From Planctomycetota bacterium (GTDB lineage Bacteria; Planctomycetota; UBA1135), in contig JASFYO010000029.1 of NCBI GenBank assembly GCA_045047305.1, positions 32,001 to 96,000 on the forward strand: 64,000 nucleotides of DNA, in the 5' to 3' direction. Of this stretch, positions 52,448 to 61,400 are shown in pieces (position 1 is the stretch's first letter; every line of letters begins with the position of its first letter). The position numbers and the translations under genes were made by a program. The notes under the pieces are model-generated. The model made no database searches. It was not told the DNA's origin and was given only the letters and a program-made list of their open reading frames with translations.

Positions 52448-53011
52448 TTACCGTTTGCCCTTAGCCTTATCCTCGACACGTTTCATGTCAATCACCATGT
52501 TCTTCTCGCCGTTGGCAAAGAAAGTAATGGTGTAGGCATCCTTGGTACGTACGGTTTCATTGTACATTTCGGTCATTTTTCCCATGGCATCTGGCGCCTT
52601 CCACTTCATGGTTAAGACCTTGCCTTGCTTATCGTAATTACCTTTCATGACACTGAAAGTTGTGCTTACGTTATCCATCCAAGTTCCCACATACTGCTTT
52701 GCTATTGGATCATAACCCGAATAGCCAAAGCCGTTGTATTCACCCATGGGCCCCATGGAAGTCGTGAAGTAGGAGTGAACCCAAAATGGGCCTTGCGCTG
52801 TAACCACTTCGGAAGCTGGCATCGGCATTTCTGGAACGCCCGGCATAAACATGGTGACCGTGCCTTCCCAGTTACCAACGCCTTCCTGCAGCGCCTTATG
52901 CTGCGCGGTCGGTTTCGGCATTTGAGGTTCTTGGTTCCACACGCTGGTCGCCGCAAACACTGCGGAACCTGCGACTGTAAGAATGAGGGTAGCTAGGAGA
53001 GTTTTCTTCAT
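52448..53011 (-). CDS. DUF1579-like secreted protein
   Basis: P.PTAQH..L...VGNW, GYDP..KQYVGTWMD. Confidence 0.75.
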   Translation of the reverse strand: MKKTLLATLILTVAGSAVFAATSVWNQEPQMPKPTAQHKALQEGVGNWEGTVTMFMPGVPEMPMPASEVVTAQGPFWVHSYFTTSMGPMGEYNGFGYSGYDPIAKQYVGTWMDNVSTTFSVMKGNYDKQGKVLTMKWKAPDAMGKMTEMYNETVRTKDAYTITFFANGEKNMVIDMKRVEDKAKGKR

Positions 53012-53016
53012 GACAT

Positions 53017-56000
53017 TTATGATGTTACTTGAGGGCTGCGGAAATGGCTATCCAATGCCGCGACATCGCGCAAGAGCTGTAGATGGTCCACTTCCACGGT
53101 GATTGAGCCGAATTCATCTCGTGCGATGCCTTCAATCACGTAAGGTCCGCGGGTTAAAGTCCATGGGGCCAGGCGTTTATAGGCCTGTGGAAAAAGCACG
53201 GTTTCATAGAGAGCAGTGGTGTCCTCAAAAGAAAGGAAGGACATGGATTCCCCGCTTTTGGTGCGCACTGGTTTCTGCGTCACCTGCCACCCAACCAACC
53301 GCACCCTACGCCCGGCATACTTTGCCAAATCGCGCGCAGGGACGACGTCGACGGCGCGGATGGCTTCTTGATGCAAACTGAGTGGATGACGTGAGACCAA
53401 ATATCCGAGCGTTTCCTCCTCCATCTCGAGCAATCGACGGATACTAAATTCGGCAGCGGTGGGTGGCGCGGGCACTCCGGGATCTGCAAACAAACGTGCT
53501 TCGCGTACTGCAGATGCCGTGCGCGAGGACTTGTACAGCGCCGTCCAACGCATCCGTTCAGGACGGGTGAATCCGTCGGGCAGTCCATCCATAGCACCGG
53601 CGCGCACCAACAATTCCAGCTGCTCGCGGGTCGGTGTTAAGCGCGACACAAAATCCTGCATTCCGATGTAAGGCCCACCATGCTCCCGTTCTTCCAGCAA
53701 CTGTGGCACGAGGGCTCTACGTAATCCTTGAATCTCATATAGGCCCGTGCGCAAACTCCGTGCACGCCCGAAGAAATGTCCGCCGCCACGATTCACACAT
53801 GGACGCTCAACCGTCAGCCCCATACGTAAAGCTTCTGCGACGTAAGCAAAACTCGCGTAAAAGCCGCCATGATTGCGCAACACCGACGCCATGAATTCCG
53901 CTGGATGATGCGCACGCAAGTACGCCGAGCGATAGCTCACCTCCGCATAACTTGCCGAATGCGCTTTGCAAAAAGAGTATCCAGCAAAAGACTCAATCTG
54001 CCGCCACAACTCCGCGGCAACCTCGACTGTCAGCCCCGCCTTCTGTACGCCACACATAAAGGTAGAACGCCATTCAGGCAAACGCTTATGCGCACCCTTT
54101 TTGGTCATGGCCTTACGCAAGCCGTCGGCATCGGCCGCGGTCATCCCTGCCAGACGTTGTGCGACACGCAGTACATCTTCTTGATAAGCCATCACCCCAT
54201 AGGTTTCGCTGAAAAGCTCGCGCAAAAGTGGGTGCAGGTACCAATCCGCTTGATGCTTGCCAGTAGTGCGCACCGCATGATGGCGCTCGATATAGGCCTG
54301 CATCATGCCGGAGGAAGAAATGCCCGGGCGAATAATGGAGGACGCCGCAACCAAAGTCGTGAACTCGCGGCAGCGTAATTTCCGTAAGAGACTACGCATG
54401 CTAGGCGATTCGATATAGAAGCAACCCATGGTGTCGCCCGCAGCGATCATCTCTTGCGTGCGTAAATCAGTTTTAGGATTGAGGCGCCCGAATCCAAGCT
54501 TGATGCCGCTGTTACGACGCACCATCTTTTGCGCATCCCGCACCACTGCGAGCCCGCGGTTGCCAAGCAAATCAATTTTCAACAGGCCTGCGTCTTCGAC
54601 CGGCCCCATATCCCACTGGGTGATCACCAGATGCCCGTCTTCGGTTTGCTTACGCGCGCGTTGCAGTGGCAAATGGTCGGTCAGCGCTGTTGGCGCCAAC
54701 ACCATGCCGCCTGCATGCACGCCGAGATGACGCGGAAAGCCGTCGATGGCAACGGCTTGCTGCAAAATGGTGCGCCAAGGTTCTTCCTGCAACGGTAGCT
54801 GCGCAGATTTTGGGTGTGACCGCAGGCGGTCTAAATCAAGGCCGCCGCGTGACCATGGAAGCGCACGCGTGATCGGCGTGATTTCCACTGGCGGCACCCC
54901 CATCGCTTTGGCGAGCTCACGAATCGCGCCGCGTGCACCAAAGGTAACATGCGTGCTGAGCATAGCCACATGATCATTGCCGTGGCGGCGCACCATGCGG
55001 TCAAGCACGCGGTCGCGTTCATCCCAAGCGAAGTCGAGGTCGACATCGGGGAAATCAGGGCGTCCGCGGTTGAGGAAGCGGTCGAACCACAAATCATGCT
55101 GCAGTGGGTCAACATGCGTGAAGCCGAGCAAATAACTCACCAAGCTGTTGGCGGCAGATCCGCGTCCACAGTTCTGAATGCCTTGCTGCTGCGCCCACGA
55201 CACGATGTCCGCGACAATGAGGAAGTAGTCAGATAAATCCTGCTCGCGAATCAGCTGCAATTCACGCTGCAGTTGCTGCGCATAGGCTTCATTCCAAGCT
55301 AAACCACGACAGGTTATGCCCGCACGGCAGGCGCGCTCTAATTCTGCCCAGGCTGCCGCTTGATGCGCGACGGGGTCGGCGTGAGGATCACCACCGATAT
55401 CCGACTTCAACCGCAGCCGCGGCATACGCTTTACCCCTAGCGGAATACGGTAATCCGCACGCTCCGCCAACTCGCGCGCACGCTGCAACGACTCCGGGTA
55501 ATAGCGGTAATCCATGCCTAACTCCAGTTCATTGCGCAACCATGCAGGCACCTCACGAGCACGACTTCCACGGATACTTGGGTCGGCGCAAGCGAGAGCG
55601 GCGGCGGGCAAGCGCGACAGATTGGTGTTGCGCCCGATCGCAACCAGTAAGCGATGACGTGTGAAATCCTCTGGCGATGCGAAGACCACCGCAGGGCATG
55701 CCAAAGTGGGCAATTGCAAAGTGCTTGCCAAATCCGCATCTCTTTGTGCACGTGCGCCACTTTGCTGTGCGACATACAAATCCTCATCGCCACTTTGCGC
55801 TTGCAAGGCACGCAACAGATCACCGTGGCGCGAAAGGATGGCAAAGCTTCCGCTAGCAACTCTCTCACGCTCCTCTAGCAACCACTGCAACAGCAAACGC
55901 GGTATGCCTAAGCCGACATGCTCGACAAAAACCATGGCCGCCCCACGTACTGGAGACAGTGTCAGCTGCACTTTGGTGGAGAGCCGACACAGCGCAGCCC

Positions 56001-56247
56001 ATCCATCTGAGTTCATGGCAAGCAGCTGAGCCTCCACGCCTTCTACACGCAAACGCAGGCCAAAAACTGGCTTGACTCCCTTACTTTCGCACGCGCGTTG
56101 AAATGGAACCGCACCCCATAAGCCATTGAGGTCTGCCATGCCAAGAGCCGCCACCCCACGCTCTGCCGCCGCCGTGGCTAGTTCTGCGACTCGCGAAGCC
56201 CCCCAGTGGAAAGACCAGGGTGTCGCTACTGAGAGTTGCGCAGCCAC
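53017..56247 (-). CDS. dnaE2: Error-prone DNA polymerase III alpha subunit (DnaE2-like)
   Basis: GRGSAANS, PDVDLDF, KIDLLG, FCKAHSASY, OB fold; 1076 aa with no tau-binding tail, degenerate PHP; in a lexA operon. Confidence 0.85.
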   Translation of the reverse strand: MAAQLSVATPWSFHWGASRVAELATAAAERGVAALGMADLNGLWGAVPFQRACESKGVKPVFGLRLRVEGVEAQLLAMNSDGWAALCRLSTKVQLTLSPVRGAAMVFVEHVGLGIPRLLLQWLLEERERVASGSFAILSRHGDLLRALQAQSGDEDLYVAQQSGARAQRDADLASTLQLPTLACPAVVFASPEDFTRHRLLVAIGRNTNLSRLPAAALACADPSIRGSRAREVPAWLRNELELGMDYRYYPESLQRARELAERADYRIPLGVKRMPRLRLKSDIGGDPHADPVAHQAAAWAELERACRAGITCRGLAWNEAYAQQLQRELQLIREQDLSDYFLIVADIVSWAQQQGIQNCGRGSAANSLVSYLLGFTHVDPLQHDLWFDRFLNRGRPDFPDVDLDFAWDERDRVLDRMVRRHGNDHVAMLSTHVTFGARGAIRELAKAMGVPPVEITPITRALPWSRGGLDLDRLRSHPKSAQLPLQEEPWRTILQQAVAIDGFPRHLGVHAGGMVLAPTALTDHLPLQRARKQTEDGHLVITQWDMGPVEDAGLLKIDLLGNRGLAVVRDAQKMVRRNSGIKLGFGRLNPKTDLRTQEMIAAGDTMGCFYIESPSMRSLLRKLRCREFTTLVAASSIIRPGISSSGMMQAYIERHHAVRTTGKHQADWYLHPLLRELFSETYGVMAYQEDVLRVAQRLAGMTAADADGLRKAMTKKGAHKRLPEWRSTFMCGVQKAGLTVEVAAELWRQIESFAGYSFCKAHSASYAEVSYRSAYLRAHHPAEFMASVLRNHGGFYASFAYVAEALRMGLTVERPCVNRGGGHFFGRARSLRTGLYEIQGLRRALVPQLLEEREHGGPYIGMQDFVSRLTPTREQLELLVRAGAMDGLPDGFTRPERMRWTALYKSSRTASAVREARLFADPGVPAPPTAAEFSIRRLLEMEEETLGYLVSRHPLSLHQEAIRAVDVVPARDLAKYAGRRVRLVGWQVTQKPVRTKSGESMSFLSFEDTTALYETVLFPQAYKRLAPWTLTRGPYVIEGIARDEFGSITVEVDHLQLLRDVAALDSHFRSPQVTS

Positions 56248-57422
56248 AGCCGATCTCCTGCACGCACCGACTTTTCACCGTATTTAGCACGCATCCGGTC
56301 CATCACCGCTAAGCGCCCGCGCTGCACCACGCGTTCTTCTTCGAACAATCCGCCTTGCCAAAAGCCACGTTCCAAGCCACTAAAACGCACGCCGACTAAA
56401 CGCACCAGAGTGCGCCGCTTCTTCAACACTCGTTCGAGCAAGGAACTAGCAAGCTCCCACCATTCCAAATCATGGTCACTTGGCCGCGGCAAAGTGGCAT
56501 CCCGTGTTTCAGTGGTGAAATCCGCATAACGCACCTTGATACTGATGGTGCGTGCCAACAAACCTTTCTCGCGTAGCTCCGCGCAACACTTTTCCAGCAT
56601 GCGCTGCATACGTCCACGCAGAACTAAGAGGTCATCGGTGTCTTCTGCAAAAGTGCGTTCCTGGCTTAGCGATTTACGCGCAGTCTTCTCCCACGGTGGA
56701 CGCACTGGGGTTTGATCTTCACCCTTGGCACGCCGACGCATCGAGCGACCATAACGCCCGAAGACATCTTCTAGAAACCAGCCATCGGTGTCCGCGAGCA
56801 CGCCAAGTTGGTCGATATGGAAATCACGCAAGCGTTTCTGCGTGACTGGGCCGATACCAGGCAACACCTTCACCGGAAGCGGCGCAAAGAAACGTGACTC
56901 CTGTCCAGGGCGGACATCGAAGAGTCCATGCGGTTTGGCAAATCCAGACGCCACCTTACTCACCAAACGGTTCTGCGAAACCCCCACGGTAAGATCTAAG
57001 CGCAAACGCTCCTTCACTTCTTTGCGCATATGATCGGCCGCATCTAAAGAGCGCCCGAAAAAGTGTTCGGTGCCGCGCAAATCCAAATACGCTTCGTCGA
57101 CGGAGACCTTTTCCACAATCGGCGTATACGAGCCCAGTAGGTCAAACACCGCTTTCGATGCCCGCGCATACACACCGCGGGTTGCACTCACACGGACTAA
57201 ATCCGGGCACAAGCGCATCGCTTGCCCCATCGGCATGGCGGAGTGCACCCCAAACTGTCGTGCTTCATAGGAGGCTGCGGCCACCACACCGCGACCTTCT
57301 ACCGGCCCGCCCACGACCACTGGGCGACCATTCAAACGCGGGTCCAAGACCCGCTCCACCGAAACGAAGAAGGCATCTAGGTCCACATGCAGGACCGAAC
57401 GCGGAGCCTCTTCTTGATTCAT
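56226..57422 (-). CDS. dinB: Y-family DNA polymerase (Pol IV/DinB-like)
   Basis: HVDLDAFFVSVE, AASYEAR, SVDEAYLD, SKVAS..KP; C-terminal QGGLF and DRMRAKYG. Confidence 0.9.
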   Translation of the reverse strand: MNQEEAPRSVLHVDLDAFFVSVERVLDPRLNGRPVVVGGPVEGRGVVAAASYEARQFGVHSAMPMGQAMRLCPDLVRVSATRGVYARASKAVFDLLGSYTPIVEKVSVDEAYLDLRGTEHFFGRSLDAADHMRKEVKERLRLDLTVGVSQNRLVSKVASGFAKPHGLFDVRPGQESRFFAPLPVKVLPGIGPVTQKRLRDFHIDQLGVLADTDGWFLEDVFGRYGRSMRRRAKGEDQTPVRPPWEKTARKSLSQERTFAEDTDDLLVLRGRMQRMLEKCCAELREKGLLARTISIKVRYADFTTETRDATLPRPSDHDLEWWELASSLLERVLKKRRTLVRLVGVRFSGLERGFWQGGLFEEERVVQRGRLAVMDRMRAKYGEKSVRAGDRLWLRNSQ

Positions 57423-57772
57423 GCCTCTTCAGATTGGTCTGGCTCAAACTGACGTAAACGCCCCACCACCACACCGCGCACTTGCGCCGACATCCTTTCT
57501 GCAGGCGGCAAGAAACCACCCACTCCTTTAAAACTGAAGTCATCTTGCACGCGCGCCAAAGCCAAAGTGCGCTCGACGCCAGTCCACCACACCACCAAAT
57601 CGCCGGCTTCGACATCGACGCCTTCGGTGATGGCGAACACATCGCCCACGCGTAATTGCTCCTCGTCTTCCGCTGGCTCACCGCGGAGTGCGAGGAAAAA
57701 CGTATGCGGACTATCCGAAAATTGACCGGCCTGGCCGCCCATCTCTACTTCTTCCAACATCACTGCAGGCAT
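57419..57772 (-). CDS. Small S24-fold (LexA-CTD/UmuD'-like) protein lacking catalytic Ser/Lys
   Basis: 117 aa from ATG 57772; TFFLALRGE, GDVFAI, GDLVVW, VRGVVVGRLR parallel the LexA C-terminal domain; 4 nt after the lexA stop, ATGA overlap with dinB. Confidence 0.65.
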   Translation of the reverse strand: MPAVMLEEVEMGGQAGQFSDSPHTFFLALRGEPAEDEEQLRVGDVFAITEGVDVEAGDLVVWWTGVERTLALARVQDDFSFKGVGGFLPPAERMSAQVRGVVVGRLRQFEPDQSEEA

Positions 57773-57776
57773 TTTT

Positions 57777-58406
57777 TTATCCCCAACAACGCAACACTCC
57801 GACCACACGCCCTGCCAAAGCAAAGCTTTCTCCAGGATGTATCACGCGGTCGGAAAGCGCGCAATTCTCTGGATGTAACACAATACGCCCGGCCTCCGGC
57901 AAATACCGCTTGACCGTGGCCTCCATTTCTTCGCCGTCGCCCAATAAGGCCACCACGATTTCTCCACGCGCGACCTGAGCCGCTTGTTCGACTAAAACTA
58001 GGTCCCCATCGAGGATGCCGGCTTCGATCATGGAGTCGCCTTGCACACGCAAAGCGAAATCTGCGCAGCTGCCATCCAGCCGCGGCAACTGGCCCTCTCG
58101 GTTTTCTAGCGCGAGGATGGGTACGCCTGCTGCAACCCGGCCGAGGATAGGAATTGCCGTTTCTGAGGCCGTTACAAGCAAAATCCGAATCGAACGCGAA
58201 TTCCTACCCAGTTCCACATAACCTTTTCGCTCCAGCGCCCGAAGATGAAAGTCGGCGGTTTGTGCACTCACTCCCAATTTCGCCCCCAGCTCCGCGCGAG
58301 TTGGCGGACATTCCTGAGCAGCTTGAGCCTGTTGCAACACGGCCAATACCGCGCTTTGACGCGGACTCAGCGGCTCCAGGCCTTCAGCAGCGGACAAACT
58401 TCCCAT
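57777..58406 (-). CDS. lexA: LexA transcriptional repressor
   Basis: wHTH (PPTRAEL...HLRALERKGY), cleavage site GRVAAG, VQGDSM (Ser), ATVKR (Lys). Confidence 0.93.
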   Translation of the reverse strand: MGSLSAAEGLEPLSPRQSAVLAVLQQAQAAQECPPTRAELGAKLGVSAQTADFHLRALERKGYVELGRNSRSIRILLVTASETAIPILGRVAAGVPILALENREGQLPRLDGSCADFALRVQGDSMIEAGILDGDLVLVEQAAQVARGEIVVALLGDGEEMEATVKRYLPEAGRIVLHPENCALSDRVIHPGESFALAGRVVGVLRCWG

Positions 58407-58413
58407 ACCGACC

Positions 58414-58441
58414 ACTATATGATAAATATCAGATATCGCAA
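58414..58441 (-). promoter_or_regulatory. lexA operon promoter with embedded palindrome (candidate SOS box)
   Basis: TTGCGA-16 nt-TATAGT, 7 nt before ATG; TGATAAATATCA (58420-58431) in the spacer. Confidence 0.6.
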
Positions 58442-58492
58442 GCCCCAGCGCGAAACGCGCAATTCACCTCCCCTAGCGCTACGATAAAACGC

Positions 58493-61400
58493 ATGAGAAC
58501 GCCATTCCGGCTAGTTTTTCTATCCCTCCTTGGTGCATGCACCAGCGGAGCTCCATCGCCCTACGCGCAGGACACAACATCCGGCCGCTGGGAGATTTCC
58601 CTCGCTGAGGCTTCGGCCACGCAAGAGCCTGCGACCACCACCGATCAAGGTGATGCGAAAACGCAGCAGCCCAGTGCGACCGCGCCGCCTCCGCCCACGG
58701 AGGAAGATGCCTATGCGCTGAACATCCATCAAGATGGTGTCGCCGCAGCCCAACTTTATGCGCACCTTATGCGCCAGGAGGTCGACGCCCTCGAACTGGC
58801 ACGGCATCCGCTGGAGCCCGATACGGCTCCCGATGAAGTGCAAATCGCAGCGCAGCTTGCCGAACTCGAATGGCTCGCAGTGAACTTCACCGACACTGTG
58901 GGCGAGCATCCAAACCACGCCCAAGTGCAACGCTTAATTGCATCCACTGGCATCAACCGTTCCCACGGTCAAGCTTGGAGTGTCTTGCAATGGGAGCACC
59001 CGGATCGCGTCGCCCTGCTTGGACGCCTCACCGACTGGCAGTTCATTGGCCCTTTCGATAACGAACGCGGTGCCGCTTTGGACAACCCGATCGCTCCAGA
59101 AAGCGCACCGCAAGCCGACCTTCCGCAGCAAGGCAAAGTCCGCACCGTCACTTGGCGCACCACTCCTGAAACCGTACCTACCGGTGCACTGCTCGACTTC
59201 TCGCAACTGCTGCAGCCTGCCGAACAAAGCGCGCTCCTGATGCGCACTTGGGTCGAGAGCGATGCCGAACAAGAAGTGGTGCTGCTCCTTGGCCTTGATG
59301 GCGAAGTGCGCGTTTGGCACGACGGCACCCCGATCTTAGAAGCGCAGGAGCAACATAAATTCCATGCCGACGCCTTAGCAACTCCACTCAAGCTACACGC
59401 CGGTTGGAATGAGATCACCATGAAGTTGGGGAGCCGCGATCATGCACCGCGCATCATGGCTCGCTTCGTCAACCCCGAGGCCATCCCACTGCATCTCACG
59501 CACACCTCCAGCCCTCCTGAAGAAGTGCAGCCGGTCCTGCTTGGCGACGGCCCGGCCCCTGCCAGCGACCCTTCCACGTACACCAATGCACTTGCTTATT
59601 ACACAGCGATTAGCAAGGTTTCGCCAGAAAATGCTCAAGCGTTCTATCGTTTGGCCGAATTGCAAGCGTACTATCAGGTCACACCGATTGCACAACACCC
59701 TGGCCGCGAGAACGCACGTCGTGCCATGGAGCTCGCTCCCGATGTCGTCCGCTATCGCGCATTTTATGCCTACACATTATTTCCACAACATGGCACTTCA
59801 GCCGCCGAGGTCGACCTCAACCCTTGGCTCGAGCAAACCCAGTTGGTGCTGGCACAAAAGCCGAATCATCCACTGGTAAATTTCTTCCGCGCGCAGGCAG
59901 CAACCCAATACCAGCATTTGGAGAGCACCGCACTAGCAGCTATCGACCGCGTGGTTGCAGCTTGTGCAGCACGCCCATCCACTCTGTTCTTCCGCTCGCA
60001 GGTTCTTTCCGCGTTTGGATATGACTTACTCGCGGACCAAGACTTACGCGCCATGCTCGCACACCCGCAAGCATCCAGCCTTCCCGAATTCGCTTTCCAA
60101 GCAGCCGACTCTCTCTATCCAAGCGGTTCAGAAGAACTCCTCCGTATCCTGCAAGAACTGCATCAAGCGAGCCCATTCAGCAGCGAAATCTTGCGCTCCT
60201 TGCTTTACGAACGTCGCCTGCAACGCAACACGTTCGACGCAGAACTCGAACTCGCGGAGCTCGACGATATGCTCGCGCTCGACCCTTGGAACGGCTGGCT
60301 ACGTCTTGCGTCGGCCGAGCGTTTCCAGTCGCAGGGTGATTTAGAAACGGCCTTCCGCCTCGTGCAAGAAGCGCTCGCACTCAAACCGGAATCCGCTCCT
60401 GCACTCGGCTTATTGGCACGCTTGCACTTGGCTAACGACAACCTAGAAGGCGCAGTCGAAGCATTAGAAATGGAGTTGGAAATCGATTTCGCGGCAGAAG
60501 ATGAAAGTCGCTTGCTCGATCATCTACGTTCACTCGATGGAGCATCTTTTGAACAACCATACCGCGAAAGCCTCGATGCCATCATCGCACGTCATCCAGA
60601 GGCGAGCGCCGAAGAAGATGCAACTGATTACAGTCATGAGTTCTTGCTTTACCGCAGCGTGATTCGCATCAATCCGGACAGCACTGCAGATCGTTACTTC
60701 CGCAAGGTGATCCGGGTTCTGAATAACAACGGCATCCGCAAGTTAGATGTAGTGAGTTTCCCCTACTCCTACGGCGATGAAGACTTGCGCGTTGAAACCG
60801 TCACTGTGCGTCATGCCGACGGCACCGAGGAGTCAGCGCGCACCGCACGTGGTTGGCGCGGACGTCGGGTGGACCTCCCACAGCTTCAAGTTGGCGATGT
60901 GATTGACCTAGAGTGGCGGGTAGATGATCTACACACCACTTTCTTTGGCAAGTATTTTGGCCTTAATCACGCGATGACACCAAACCGCTTAGTGCCTACC
61001 CGCGAAAGCCAGCTGGTGCTTTTGGTGCCGCAAGAACTGCCACTGAAATTCCATACTTTACGCATGGAAAATTCCGAAGCGGAAGTCCTAGAAACCGAAA
61101 ACTTTGGCACTAGCCATTCTTGGACTGTGCTTAACCTCTCTCCAGAGCGCCTGGAAAGCCTGATGCCGCCATCGGAAGAAACCGTCGCACGAGTCCAAGC
61201 CAGCTCTTATGCAACTTGGGATGACTTTGGGGCATGGTGGTGGAACTTGATTGATGCAGGTATCACGGTTTCACCGGAGATGAAAGATAAGGTTGCAGAA
61301 CTGATTGAGGGCAAGACTTCTTTACGTGAGAAGGTGTCTGCGATTTACGGCTTTGTCGCTAACGATATTCGCTACAACGCGTGGGAGTTCGGCGTCCACG

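Noticed and set aside
56226..57422. Calling the Y-family gene imuB
   Set aside because: Catalytic acidic residues and the YEAR motif are intact, unlike ImuB
57773..57823. Longer 134-aa version of the small S24-like ORF
   Set aside because: It overlaps the lexA 3' end; ATG 57772 just after the lexA stop is more plausible
58154..58492. N-terminal extension of the 1430-aa ORF overlapping lexA
   Set aside because: It overlaps lexA antisense; the lipoprotein signal and -10 box support a start at 58493
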